41,655 bases of DNA from Syntrophobacterales bacterium (GTDB taxonomy: Bacteria > Desulfobacterota > Syntrophobacteria > BM002). The first letter of the stretch is position 1; each line of letters opens with the position of its first letter. Where the stretch lies: the NCBI GenBank assembly GCA_050123975.1, contig JASFGC010000001.1, positions 1 through 41,655 of the forward strand, given 5' to 3'. Made by a program: the position numbers and the translations under genes. This document shows positions 27,260-37,075 of the stretch, in pieces. Under the pieces are notes generated by a model. The model searched no databases, was not told the origin of the DNA, and was given only the letters and a program-made list of their open reading frames with translations.

Positions 27260-28195
27260 ATGGCTGAATTGAGCAAAATGATAGTCGTAGCCGTGGATGG
27301 TTCCGAAAATGCTCTCAAATCCTTAGATTATTTAGGTCTGCTTTACGGAGCCAAGCCGAGCCTGGAGATCGTTCTCCTTTACGTATTACCTACTTTGCCC
27401 CCGATCCTCGTTGCTGATGATGACCGCCAAAGCAAGTTAAGACTGCTGGCTGTCGAAAAGAAAAGCATCCAGATGGCTGAGCGTATTCTTTCTGAGGCAA
27501 AGAACCTCCTCCGCAAGAAAGGTTTTAAGGATGAACACATTCGGTCATTGCATCGGAAAAAGCAGATGGGCATAGCCCGGGATATATGCAACTTGGCAGA
27601 TGAAAAGAGGGCAGACAGTGTGCTCATCAGTGCGAAAGGTAGAAGCAAACTGGAGGCTTTTTTCTCCGGAGGGGTGGCAAACAGAATGCTAGAGTATTGC
27701 CGTGTCTGTCCAGTGTGGCTAGTGGAGGGTACGGTCAAATCAAAAAAGGTGCTCATCGCCATGGATGGCTCAGCAAACGCTCTCAGAGCAGCAGACCATG
27801 CTGCTTTTATGCTTTCTGGAACCGACTGTCAAGTGGCTCTGTTTCACTCTAAACGACATTTGAGACGTTTTGTACCTCAGGAGATAATTGAGGCAGCGCC
27901 AGAACTGGTAGAACTCTGGAAAAATAAGGCGGGAGAGCAGATCGCGCCGTACATGAAAAAGGCGAATGAAATGCTTCTGGAAGCAGGCATCCCTGAGGCT
28001 CAAATAAAGACCAAGGTGGTTGACGGAAGCAGGGATGCTGCCAGCGATATCCTCAAGGAAGCTAAGAGCAACGACTATGGAACTGTGGTTTTAGGACGAC
28101 GAGGTCACTCAGGTGTAAAGGAATTTTTCATGGGCAGTGTCACCAGTAAGGTTCTCCAAGACTTTGCTGGTAGGGCTGTTTGGCTTGTGCAATAG
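27260..28195 (+). CDS. tandem universal stress protein (two UspA domains)
   Basis: Two copies of the pattern VAVDGSENA ... (G.RG.S....F.GSV...V) ... V.LV. The ATG at 27260 with an AGGAGAAAAGG RBS is preferred over the track start at 27206. Confidence 0.85.
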   Translation: MAELSKMIVVAVDGSENALKSLDYLGLLYGAKPSLEIVLLYVLPTLPPILVADDDRQSKLRLLAVEKKSIQMAERILSEAKNLLRKKGFKDEHIRSLHRKKQMGIARDICNLADEKRADSVLISAKGRSKLEAFFSGGVANRMLEYCRVCPVWLVEGTVKSKKVLIAMDGSANALRAADHAAFMLSGTDCQVALFHSKRHLRRFVPQEIIEAAPELVELWKNKAGEQIAPYMKKANEMLLEAGIPEAQIKTKVVDGSRDAASDILKEAKSNDYGTVVLGRRGHSGVKEFFMGSVTSKVLQDFAGRAVWLVQ

Positions 28196-28268
28196 TAAAT
28201 AGATCGCAATTTGTTTCCATGCTGGAATGGGGCAAATTGGAAAAGGATCAAAGAAAGGGAGGTTCAGA

Positions 28269-28868
28269 ATGAAAAGGTCGGTTGTTTATGTTGTCGGTTT
28301 GGTTTTCTTGGCGTTGTGCTCAATGGCTGGCGCAAAATCTCCTGGTACTGTTGGACCATTCGGTTTCGCCATAGGGAAAACCTCATATGAAGAGGTTTTA
28401 AATGTTGCCCAGCAGCGCAATTGGCGATATCAGGAATACGAGAAAAGACACTTTAAGCCGATAAGTAAGAAAGATCCTGCTCGTGGTAAGAACACTTTTG
28501 TAAGAGCAACACCCAAGGGTATTGAGGGGGTCAGAAGCATCCTGATATTTTTTAATGGCGAATCAACCCTTGATGCAGTGATCGTCATTTTGGATCCCAA
28601 GTTGTTTGAAGACGTTTACCAGCAGCTGGATGCTAAATACAAACTTGTCCAAAAAAGCTTGAAGGGTGAATATCTCTCTACCGATTATCCCTATGCGTTA
28701 TGGCAAAAAGATAATGTCTACATTGAATTACAGAAAGCTAGCCCTTATCGGACAAGATTAGTGTATGTTGAAAAAGCAGTGTACGTGAACTACCGAGATT
28801 TTCTAAACAAGCATTATCCACGGTTTCGGCACACTCAAGAGAAAAGAGGCTGGATGGACGAACTGTGA
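28269..28868 (+). CDS. secreted hypothetical protein
   Basis: ATG at 28269 preceded by AAGGGAGG. Signal peptide MKRSVVYVVGLVFLALCSMAGA. No family recognised. Confidence 0.55.
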   Translation: MKRSVVYVVGLVFLALCSMAGAKSPGTVGPFGFAIGKTSYEEVLNVAQQRNWRYQEYEKRHFKPISKKDPARGKNTFVRATPKGIEGVRSILIFFNGESTLDAVIVILDPKLFEDVYQQLDAKYKLVQKSLKGEYLSTDYPYALWQKDNVYIELQKASPYRTRLVYVEKAVYVNYRDFLNKHYPRFRHTQEKRGWMDEL

Positions 28869-28900
28869 CTAGCGTTACTCATCTTGGAAGTGTGAGCCTA

Positions 28901-30346
28901 TCAAGGGCGAGACTTAACCGTTATTAAGACCTCAACATCCGGCCATTTTTTGTCTGCTGGTTGTACCTTGGGAGGCGCCACTATTTTCTTGGAGAGATTA
29001 ACATCTTTCTTGATGCTCTCCAGATAAACTGGCTCGGTCATTAAAGTGGTTCTTTGCTCCAAGTCACTTGCCGGGGCCAATATCTTTACTTGTTTCGGTT
29101 CCACAGTTACCGATACCAATTCCAAACCTTCGGGCAGAGTGCCCACCAGTTGTGGCTGTACCTCTACCACAGTCTCCACTATTTCCTCCAACGACACTGC
29201 TACGCTGGAAGGGGTTGCACCCACCAGTTTTACGCTTCTTGGGAGCAACACATTCTTTTCTGACATGACAAGAACCTGTCTCCCTGCCAAAGCCTCGGAC
29301 AAGTCAATCCTGGTACTTAAATTCAGAGGAGTTATATCATCGAGATTTGACTTCGGCCCTGTCAAATGCAGTTTGATTTCAGTCGGCTGGTCACCCGCAA
29401 GTGCAAGGTGCTTGGGGATACCAATGTATTCGATAGGAACGGTGAAAGCTTTTTCCCTTATCTCCATCTGTCCCAGAATAACACTTGACCAGACGACAAG
29501 AGCGACAATGAGACTGAAACCGATTTGAGCAATCAACTCTCGAGTCTTCATTGTTTTGGGCACTTCGATGCCGTGAAAAGCAATAGTTTCCCAGTGAGAG
29601 ATCAATTGTGTGGATAGGTCGCTCCTGTCATGGACTCTCTGGGGTTTTCCGTCGCGAAAGAGAGTAATGACCCCCCTTTCTTCCGAGACTACCACCACCA
29701 AAGCGTCCGATACTTCAGAAAGTCCAATTGCTGCGTGATGCCTGGTGCCGAAATCATTGGACAGCTTGCCCGTTTTCGATAAAGGAAGACGCACGCCGAA
29801 TTGAGTGAGTCTGCCGCCATCAATGATCAGGGCACCATCATGGCCAGGTGAATTGGGATCGAAGATACTCATGATAAGTGGATACGTGGGGGTAGCATTG
29901 AGACCCACACCGCCGGAGAGCCATCTCTCGATCGGTTCTTTACCAGGCACTACGAATATTGCCCCCCTTTTTTTCTCAGCTAAAGAGAAGGCAGTATCAA
30001 CTATGACCATGACCAAGTCTGTATGATCTCTGCCTCGCCCCCGCCCTCTAAAAGACGCTGCACTTTCGAATACCTTTCTGATTTCGGGCTGAAAAAGGAC
30101 AATCAATCCGATCAGCGCAACTTGGCTCAGATTTGAAAAAAGCCAGAGAATTCCTTTGAGGTCTAAAATGTTGGCGGCAACGAAGATAGCAATGGCCAGG
30201 AATATTCCCACCACGATTTTCCAAGCACCCAACCTGTGCAGCGTGCGATACAAGAGAAACAATGCGGCTGCCAACAGGAGAATGTCTAAAAACACCCTCC
30301 AGTCGAGCATGAGCTTGATCATTTTGAAAGTATTCAACTTCGCCAC
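28901..30346 (-). CDS. cdaA: diadenylate cyclase CdaA fused to a CdaR-like YbbR-repeat extracytoplasmic region
   Basis: It has three N-terminal TM helices and a DAC domain (LFQPEIRK, GHDGALIIDG, FGTRHHAAIGLSE, VVVVSEERGVITL). A fourth TM follows, then ~190 aa with YbbR-like beta repeats (IEYIGIP..L, V.V.LEE, V.V.PK.V.I). Confidence 0.85.
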   Translation of the reverse strand: MAKLNTFKMIKLMLDWRVFLDILLLAAALFLLYRTLHRLGAWKIVVGIFLAIAIFVAANILDLKGILWLFSNLSQVALIGLIVLFQPEIRKVFESAASFRGRGRGRDHTDLVMVIVDTAFSLAEKKRGAIFVVPGKEPIERWLSGGVGLNATPTYPLIMSIFDPNSPGHDGALIIDGGRLTQFGVRLPLSKTGKLSNDFGTRHHAAIGLSEVSDALVVVVSEERGVITLFRDGKPQRVHDRSDLSTQLISHWETIAFHGIEVPKTMKTRELIAQIGFSLIVALVVWSSVILGQMEIREKAFTVPIEYIGIPKHLALAGDQPTEIKLHLTGPKSNLDDITPLNLSTRIDLSEALAGRQVLVMSEKNVLLPRSVKLVGATPSSVAVSLEEIVETVVEVQPQLVGTLPEGLELVSVTVEPKQVKILAPASDLEQRTTLMTEPVYLESIKKDVNLSKKIVAPPKVQPADKKWPDVEVLITVKSRP

Positions 30347-30355
30347 CTCTATTGG

Positions 30356-31654
30356 TTACTTTACCAGCAAGGGCATAAAGATTACAGCAAAACCCAAGAA
30401 CGAGGCGAATCCGACACAGTCAGTCACGGTGGTGAGAAAAATTGATGAGGACTGTGCCGGGTCGCGGTTGAGGGCTTTCAATATGAGAGGGATGGTTGCT
30501 CCTGAAAGACCGGCCGCCACCATATTGACGATCATGGACAAAAAAATCACCAATGCAAGACCATAGTTTTTGCTCCAAACCCAGACAGCTCCAGCGGTAC
30601 CCACCGCAACTGCTATGCCATTAAACAGGCCTGCGAGAACTTCTTTCACGATAACCCGCTTGGCAGCGCCAGAAATGATTTCGTGAAGAGCCAAGCCGCG
30701 CATAACCACGGCCAGGGCTTGGGCTCCCGTGTTTCCTCCCTGACCGGAGACAATTGGGAGAAGCACAGCCAGGGCGGTTACCTTTTGGATGGTACCCTCA
30801 AACGCACCCACCACCGCTGCTGCCAGGAAAGCGGTCAATAAGTTTACGTATAGCCAGGGTAAGCGACGTTTTACCACAGTCGAAACCGGTGAAAGAGCGC
30901 GCTCGTCACCTCCAGCACCAACCATTTTCTGGAGATCCTCAAATGCTTCCAATTGACCGGCGCGCAGTGCTTCATCGTGTTTGATCACGCCCACAAGCCG
31001 ACCATCACTATCAACAACCGGTAGGGCAAGAAAGCGGTGCCTGCGTATAAGGGTGATAACCTCTTCCCGGGTCATGGTCTCGGGTACGCTGAGAATTTCC
31101 CGGTGAATCAGGGACTCTATTTTATCCTGTGGGGGTGCGAGCATGAGTTCGCGCATATTGAGGACGCCAGCCAATTTCCCATCGCTGTCAGTCACATACA
31201 AATAAAACAAGCTCTGACGTGGGGCTTTGCGTAAGTAAGCAGCCGCAGCTTTGACGGTCAGGTCCATTGGTATGGCAGCTACTCGCGGTTCCATCATTCC
31301 GCCTGCAGTATCCGGCGAATAATGCATGAGGTCACGGAGTTGCCTCGCTACACGATCTGAAAGCTTTGACAGAGCGTCTTCCCTACTGCTCTGTTCAAGA
31401 TGCTGAAGTATCATGGACGCTGTTCTCGGCGGCATGTTCTCCAGCAATTCCCTGACACGAGATGGATCTAGATTTTCTAGGATAGCGGCAGCAATATGAG
31501 GTCGGAGACGCTCCAGCAAAAGTCCGATGGCTCTGAATGGTAGCTTTTTTACGATCCCGACAGCTTCACTGATATCCAGCTGTTCTAAAGCATGTGCTGC
31601 ATCTTTGGGGTGGCTTTCCACAAATTGTCGAACAAGCAATTGAGCCGTTTCCAT
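30356..31654 (-). CDS. mgtE: magnesium transporter MgtE
   Basis: MgtE N-domain, CBS pair, and a C-terminal TM domain with SGQGGNTGAQ and DPA..SSIFLTTVTD motifs. It ends 9 bp before the cdaA start. Confidence 0.92.
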   Translation of the reverse strand: METAQLLVRQFVESHPKDAAHALEQLDISEAVGIVKKLPFRAIGLLLERLRPHIAAAILENLDPSRVRELLENMPPRTASMILQHLEQSSREDALSKLSDRVARQLRDLMHYSPDTAGGMMEPRVAAIPMDLTVKAAAAYLRKAPRQSLFYLYVTDSDGKLAGVLNMRELMLAPPQDKIESLIHREILSVPETMTREEVITLIRRHRFLALPVVDSDGRLVGVIKHDEALRAGQLEAFEDLQKMVGAGGDERALSPVSTVVKRRLPWLYVNLLTAFLAAAVVGAFEGTIQKVTALAVLLPIVSGQGGNTGAQALAVVMRGLALHEIISGAAKRVIVKEVLAGLFNGIAVAVGTAGAVWVWSKNYGLALVIFLSMIVNMVAAGLSGATIPLILKALNRDPAQSSSIFLTTVTDCVGFASFLGFAVIFMPLLVK

Positions 31655-31764
31655 TCAAGCTGTCCTTTCACCGAAAAAATGTTTCTGCCAATATGCCATC
31701 ACCGAAGCATTCTTTTCAGCGTGGGTCGTCGCAGGGTATGCCGTGCGCATTGATCTTTGCTTTT

Positions 31765-32814
31765 TCAATCTTCTGTCTTTTTAGGCGCAGATCGTTTGTG
31801 CTTACGCTTGCGCGCCAACTTTTGTAGGTCCACTACTTTGTCAGTCTCGTCCACGATTTCGGCACCCAGCACAGTCTCCAACAGATCTTCCAAAGTGATG
31901 AGGCCCGCCACCCCACCATACTCATCCTCTACGATGGACATATGGCTGCGTTTTTTTAAGAAGCGGTTCAACAATGCCAGACAATTTGTCTCTTCCCGTA
32001 CGAAAGAAATAGGCTTGACAATGGAAGACAGGAGCATATCGGGCTCGCTCATTATTCCGGCACAGCCGAGGTCATGGATCATGACATAGCCCAGTACGTT
32101 GTCTTTGTCCTCGCCATGGACAGGGATGCGAGTAAAACCCTTACCACTTGCAGCTTGAAGTGCTTCCCCGATTGTCATTTCAGCATTCAGGCTAAACATC
32201 ACTTTTCGAGGGGTCATGACCTCACGAACCTCTGTATTTTCCAGCTTTATGATATTGTGGACCATGAGGCTTTCCCACTCAGTGATTTCACCTTCTTTGG
32301 CTCCCAAACGAATGGACCCCAAGATGTCTTCCTCAGTGATTCGGGCAGGCGGACGGCCACGGGTGAGAAAAGCAGAGAACTTCTCGGTGATCCAAATTAA
32401 GGGGTAGAGAGGATACTTCATTGCAGTCAGAGGCCAGACAATCACAGGCCAGAGATTACGCCAATAAACAGCACCCATGGTTTTGGGAATGATCTCGGCA
32501 AAGAAGAGGATAGCGAGAGTGAATATAATAGAAAAAATAGGAACCAAGCCCACTCCTAATGTTTTGTGGGCATACATCCCCGCGATGGTAGCTCCCGCAG
32601 TGTTGGCGATGGTGTTCAGAATGAGTATCGCCGCAATGGGCTCGGAGATCTGTTTTTTCAACTGAATCATCTTTAAAGCCATCTGTCTTGTCTTCGATTT
32701 GGATTTTGCAGCTTCCAATGTCCCCAGGCGGGTGGAATACAACGTGGCTTCATACAGTGAGCATTGTGCTGAAATAAAGATGGTTAGAAACACAACAAAA
32801 AACAGGATAGACAT
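31765..32814 (-). CDS. CNNM/CorC-type transporter (DUF21 membrane domain + CBS pair, no CorC_HlyC C-domain)
   Basis: DUF21 helices (ILILNTIANTAGA, FAEIIPK), then a CBS pair (V.EVMTPR ... IVEDEYGGVAGLITLEDLLE). Confidence 0.85.
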   Translation of the reverse strand: MSILFFVVFLTIFISAQCSLYEATLYSTRLGTLEAAKSKSKTRQMALKMIQLKKQISEPIAAILILNTIANTAGATIAGMYAHKTLGVGLVPIFSIIFTLAILFFAEIIPKTMGAVYWRNLWPVIVWPLTAMKYPLYPLIWITEKFSAFLTRGRPPARITEEDILGSIRLGAKEGEITEWESLMVHNIIKLENTEVREVMTPRKVMFSLNAEMTIGEALQAASGKGFTRIPVHGEDKDNVLGYVMIHDLGCAGIMSEPDMLLSSIVKPISFVREETNCLALLNRFLKKRSHMSIVEDEYGGVAGLITLEDLLETVLGAEIVDETDKVVDLQKLARKRKHKRSAPKKTED

Positions 32815-32842
32815 TGATGTCTCCTTTTCTACTTCTGCTTCT

Positions 32843-33823
32843 TTATTTGAACTGTTTGATTACAAAACGGCCCAAGCTGGCTGGGTCATCTTTTTCAAGG
32901 TGCTTCGCTAAATTGGCCAAAGGAATTTCAGCACGGGCCCTGGCCCGATGCCCGCCTGCTGTACCCAAGCGGCCAAAGGCCCTGGCTGCCCTGGTGCCGG
33001 CGTTTTTGCGGAAACCATGATTGCGGATAATCACCACCAGCGTTTTCTTGTACACACCAGAGACTATAACCCAATCGATCTCATGTAATCTCAGGAAGAA
33101 GTCCGCGACAAGTACGAGATTATCCGGCGACTGGACCTGACCGAGGTGACTGAAGATTTTCCCCTCGATAATCTTTTTGTTTGCGAGGGCCAGTTGGAAA
33201 TATTCTAGGTCCTCTGCCCCCATGTCGGCTGCTTCGATCTTTCGCAGCAGATTCATATCAGCGTGAGAGAAAAGATATCGAAAGGCCTTTATGTCCTCTT
33301 CTGCCACACCTGACTCAAAATTACCGGTGTCCACCCGGATGGCAAAAAGAAGGGCAGTAGCCAGGCTTTTGGAGGGGCGTATCCTGGCTGCCCGCAGATA
33401 CTCTGTCATCATAGTGGCTGTAGCCCCGTAATCTGGCCGTATGTCCAGAAACGGAGCCCCGAGTGAAGTTGTTCGGGGATGGTGGTCAATAACCACGTCA
33501 TAGTCAAAATCGGCGTAAGCTTCGTTGTGGTCGGGCTGGCCGTCCACCAAGACAGTCTTTGAAAAGCTGGAACCGTCCACCCGGTGCAAGCGCTCGAGGG
33601 GGATCTTGAGAAGCCTGATCATTGTCACGTTGTCGTATCGATTGATTTCGTTGAAATGAGCGATGGTCACTGACTGAACTTTGCGCCAGAGGAGACGCTT
33701 GAGGGCCAAGGCCGATGCCAGGGCGTCAGGGTCGGCCCAAATGGTTATGAGAACATTGTCCTTAGAGTTAAACTGGCTGAGAAGCTCTCGCAGACGACCC
33801 TGCCTTGATCTTGTTGGAGACAT
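32843..33823 (-). CDS. DHH/DHHA1 family phosphoesterase (NrnA-like)
   Basis: Motifs ADPDALASA, VLVDGQP, VVIDHHP, DTGNF, and the DHHA1 motif GTAGGH. Confidence 0.8.
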   Translation of the reverse strand: MSPTRSRQGRLRELLSQFNSKDNVLITIWADPDALASALALKRLLWRKVQSVTIAHFNEINRYDNVTMIRLLKIPLERLHRVDGSSFSKTVLVDGQPDHNEAYADFDYDVVIDHHPRTTSLGAPFLDIRPDYGATATMMTEYLRAARIRPSKSLATALLFAIRVDTGNFESGVAEEDIKAFRYLFSHADMNLLRKIEAADMGAEDLEYFQLALANKKIIEGKIFSHLGQVQSPDNLVLVADFFLRLHEIDWVIVSGVYKKTLVVIIRNHGFRKNAGTRAARAFGRLGTAGGHRARARAEIPLANLAKHLEKDDPASLGRFVIKQFK

Positions 33824-33849
33824 TGTTGTACCTCAAGGGTCAGAGAGTA

Positions 33850-34083
33850 TCAGGAGTCTCTCAAATGATCAAATTCCTGGGGCGAGTGAGGGGATGATCC
33901 CAGAGCACCTTCCCGTAGATCAGCCACCCCGATAATGTGGCCGTGGAAGTGCTTCAGGCTCTGTTCTTCCAGAAACTGGATGAGAGACTTACAGTCTGAG
34001 CCCCCTCCCACCAAGGCAACATTAATGCATGAGGACTGCGTCTCAGCCTGAACCGTCGAATGTGTTTTCTCGACAATTTGCAT
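33850..34083 (-). CDS. small ORF (77 aa), possibly a remnant of a Rossmann-like N-terminus of a larger gene
   Basis: ATG with AGAGGA 7 nt upstream. VALVGGGSDCKSL resembles a GxGxxG N-terminus. There is no downstream continuation. Confidence 0.25.
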   Translation of the reverse strand: MQIVEKTHSTVQAETQSSCINVALVGGGSDCKSLIQFLEEQSLKHFHGHIIGVADLREGALGSSPHSPQEFDHLRDS

Positions 34084-34137
34084 GATGATCCTCTATCTTT
34101 AAAGGAATCTCGCCCGTATTGGTCTTTTCTATCTGAT

Positions 34138-34168
34138 AGAAAAGCGGGCTTTGGTGCCCGCTTTTCCC
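34138..34168 (-). terminator. rho-independent terminator after hsp20 (potentially bidirectional)
   Basis: agcgggc-tttggt-gcccgct (34143-34162), flanked by an A-run on one side and a T-run on the other. Confidence 0.7.
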
Positions 34169-34191
34169 TTTGTCGAAGTGGACTAGTAACC

Positions 34192-34647
34192 TTAGGCGGC
34201 CTTGACCTCGATCTTCTTGACGGCCTCAGGGGCAGTCTTGGGCATACTGATGCTGAGTACCCCGTCCTTGTAGTTGGCCTTGATTTTGTCTGTTTTCACT
34301 TCCACAGGCAATTGCACTGTCCTCGAAAAGGAGCCGGAGCCGCGCTCAACCAGGTGGAAGTTTTCTTTTTTCTCCTCGCGCTCGTGTTTGCGCTCGCCCT
34401 TGATGGTCAGCACCTTTCCGCTCAAGGAGATGTCAATCTCTTTTGGATCCATTCCCGGCAGTTCAGCCCTGACCACTAGCTCCTTGTCAGTCTCGGACAC
34501 ATCCACCGAAGGCATCCACCTTCCGGTCTCTGAGACACCGCGAAACGGCCACGCTTCCGAGAACATGTCGAAAAGCCGATCCATCTCGCGACGCATCTGG
34601 GTGAGGCCCCAGTCCTCTCCTTTTCTCCAACGGATCAAATCTGTCAT
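34192..34647 (-). CDS. Hsp20/alpha-crystallin small heat-shock protein
   Basis: The alpha-crystallin domain includes PSVDVSETDKELVVRAELPG, GVLSISMPK and a C-terminal I-x-V. Confidence 0.92.
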   Translation of the reverse strand: MTDLIRWRKGEDWGLTQMRREMDRLFDMFSEAWPFRGVSETGRWMPSVDVSETDKELVVRAELPGMDPKEIDISLSGKVLTIKGERKHEREEKKENFHLVERGSGSFSRTVQLPVEVKTDKIKANYKDGVLSISMPKTAPEAVKKIEVKAA

Positions 34648-34740
34648 TTTCTCTTACCTCCTTCTCGAACATAGAGTTCGTTCATCTGCGAATGTGACAT
34701 TTCAAACGCTATGCGCTATGTTCTCCCTGCTTTGCGAGCC

Positions 34741-36393
<1,653 letters not shown>

Positions 36394-36684
36394 TTATTTT
36401 TGAATCACTGCCAGAATGTCATCCTCACGCATGAGTAAATGTTCGTCACCATCGATTTTGACTTCAGTGCCGGCATACTTGCCAAACAGTACTTTGTCAC
36501 CTTTCTTGACATCCGGGGGGATAACATCGCCATTGTTCAAGATTTTACCCTTGCCAACGGCAATGACTTTGCCCTGGATGGACTTTTCCCTGGCAGTGTC
36601 AGGGATGATGATTCCCCCCGTGCTTTTGTCCTCTTCCTCTAATCGTTTGATCAGGACTCGATCGTGCAAAGGTCTAACCTTCAT
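36394..36684 (-). CDS. groES: co-chaperonin GroES
   Basis: [14 protein letters not shown] ... The ATG at 36684 has AGGAGG 8 nt upstream. The track start at 36693 is GTG. Confidence 0.95.
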   Translation of the reverse strand: MKVRPLHDRVLIKRLEEEDKSTGGIIIPDTAREKSIQGKVIAVGKGKILNNGDVIPPDVKKGDKVLFGKYAGTEVKIDGDEHLLMREDDILAVIQK

Positions 36685-36737
36685 GGTTTGCACCTCCTGT
36701 ACAATAATGCTTCATATCAACATCACATTCGTCATTG

Positions 36738-36753
36738 AGCATTCCCCATGCCA
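36738..36753 (-). promoter_or_regulatory. sigma-54 (-24/-12) promoter TGGCATggggaATGCT upstream of groES
   Basis: Read on the minus strand. GG and GC are at canonical spacing. An IHF-like TTCAGTTAATTA (36760-36771) ends 6 bp upstream. The groES ATG is ~55 nt downstream. Confidence 0.65.
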
Positions 36754-36806
36754 AAGTGATAATTAACTGAAATTACAGGGTAAAATGAGAAAAATACGAT
36801 TGACAC

Positions 36807-36823
36807 CGGAACTCTGAGTTCCT
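36807..36823. promoter_or_regulatory. palindromic UAS candidate CGGAAC-TCTGA-GTTCCT (proximal to the groES promoter)
   Basis: 54 bp from the -24 TGG, the same geometry as at the other two promoters. Confidence 0.6.
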
Positions 36824-36910
36824 ATAATTGGGTGGGAAGATAGGTGGCTCAGTTTAGTCAGAACCGAGGATTGTTTCTAATGTATTGAAATCGGTTGAAA
36901 AACCAGATAG

Positions 36911-36927
36911 TGGAATTCTAAGTTCCT
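36911..36927. promoter_or_regulatory. palindromic UAS candidate TGGAAT-TCTAA-GTTCCT
   Basis: Same palindrome family, in the groES / activator divergent spacer. Confidence 0.5.
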
Positions 36928-36940
36928 CTATTCCTTTTTT

Positions 36941-36957
36941 CGGAACTAGAGGTTCCG
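36941..36957. promoter_or_regulatory. palindromic UAS candidate CGGAAC-TAGAG-GTTCCG
   Basis: Perfect 6+5+6 palindrome, 13 bp from the previous copy. Confidence 0.55.
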
Positions 36958-37075
36958 CATTACAAGAGATAGCGAAGAACCGCTGGGAGGAAGAAAGGGA
37001 AAAGAAGATTGATTTAAAATCATTTTTAGATTATTCACGCTCTAATCTATTGAATTTTGGGTGAGGGAGAAGCTG

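Noticed and set aside
31655-31764. M-box (Mg2+) or c-di-AMP (ydaO-type) riboswitch in front of mgtE
   Set aside because: The spacer is only 110 nt, too short for either class. I could not recognise their conserved cores. A covariance-model scan would be needed to be certain.
36694-37060. CIRCE (HrcA operator) or sigma-32-type promoter upstream of groES
   Set aside because: No TTAGCACTC-N9-GAGTGCTAA-like inverted repeat and no CTTGAAA/CCCCAT pair could be found by reading both strands. A -24/-12 element is present instead.
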